DNA of 64,000 bases from Macrostomum hystrix. Its lineage: Eukaryota > Animalia > Platyhelminthes. This document shows positions 63,975 to 64,000 of the stretch, piece by piece. Under the pieces are notes generated by a model. It was not told the DNA's origin, made no database searches, and saw nothing but the letters and a program-made list of their open reading frames with translations. The position numbers and the translations under genes are program-made. Location: assembly GCA_950097015.1 (NCBI GenBank), contig CATNEN010000007.1, positions 6,014,001 to 6,078,000 on the forward strand, in the 5' to 3' direction. Within the stretch, counting starts at the first letter, position 1. Each line of letters opens with the position of its first letter.

Positions 63975-64000
63975 CTTGACACCGTCTGAGGTTTTTTCGT

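Overview
Eukaryotic (animal) genomic DNA with spliced genes. GC-rich codons, short GT-AG introns and about 25% locally expanded minisatellite suggest a free-living flatworm such as Macrostomum (inference). All reconstructed genes lie on the + strand: the 3' part of an ARID3/dead ringer transcription factor, Nup50, a divergent DECD-box (UAP56/DDX39-like) helicase, AMDHD2 (GlcNAc-6-P deacetylase), ZMPSTE24/STE24, a rhodopsin-class peptide GPCR, a secreted PAN-like + fibrinogen-domain protein with a downstream pseudogene copy, and a ZnT1-type zinc exporter. Interspersed are two tRNA-derived SINE families (one CORE-like), two solo LTRs with TGTTGTG...CACAACA termini, several MITEs and about 17 distinct tandem arrays. 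The most unusual signal is two ~2 kb CpG-depleted, C>T/G>A-eroded domains. Each lies between a putative promoter and the first splice acceptor of a transcription unit (Nup50 and ZnT). The first precedes a candidate trans-spliced operon, Nup50-DDX39L-AMDHD2-ZMPSTE24. Exon boundaries and counts were read by eye.
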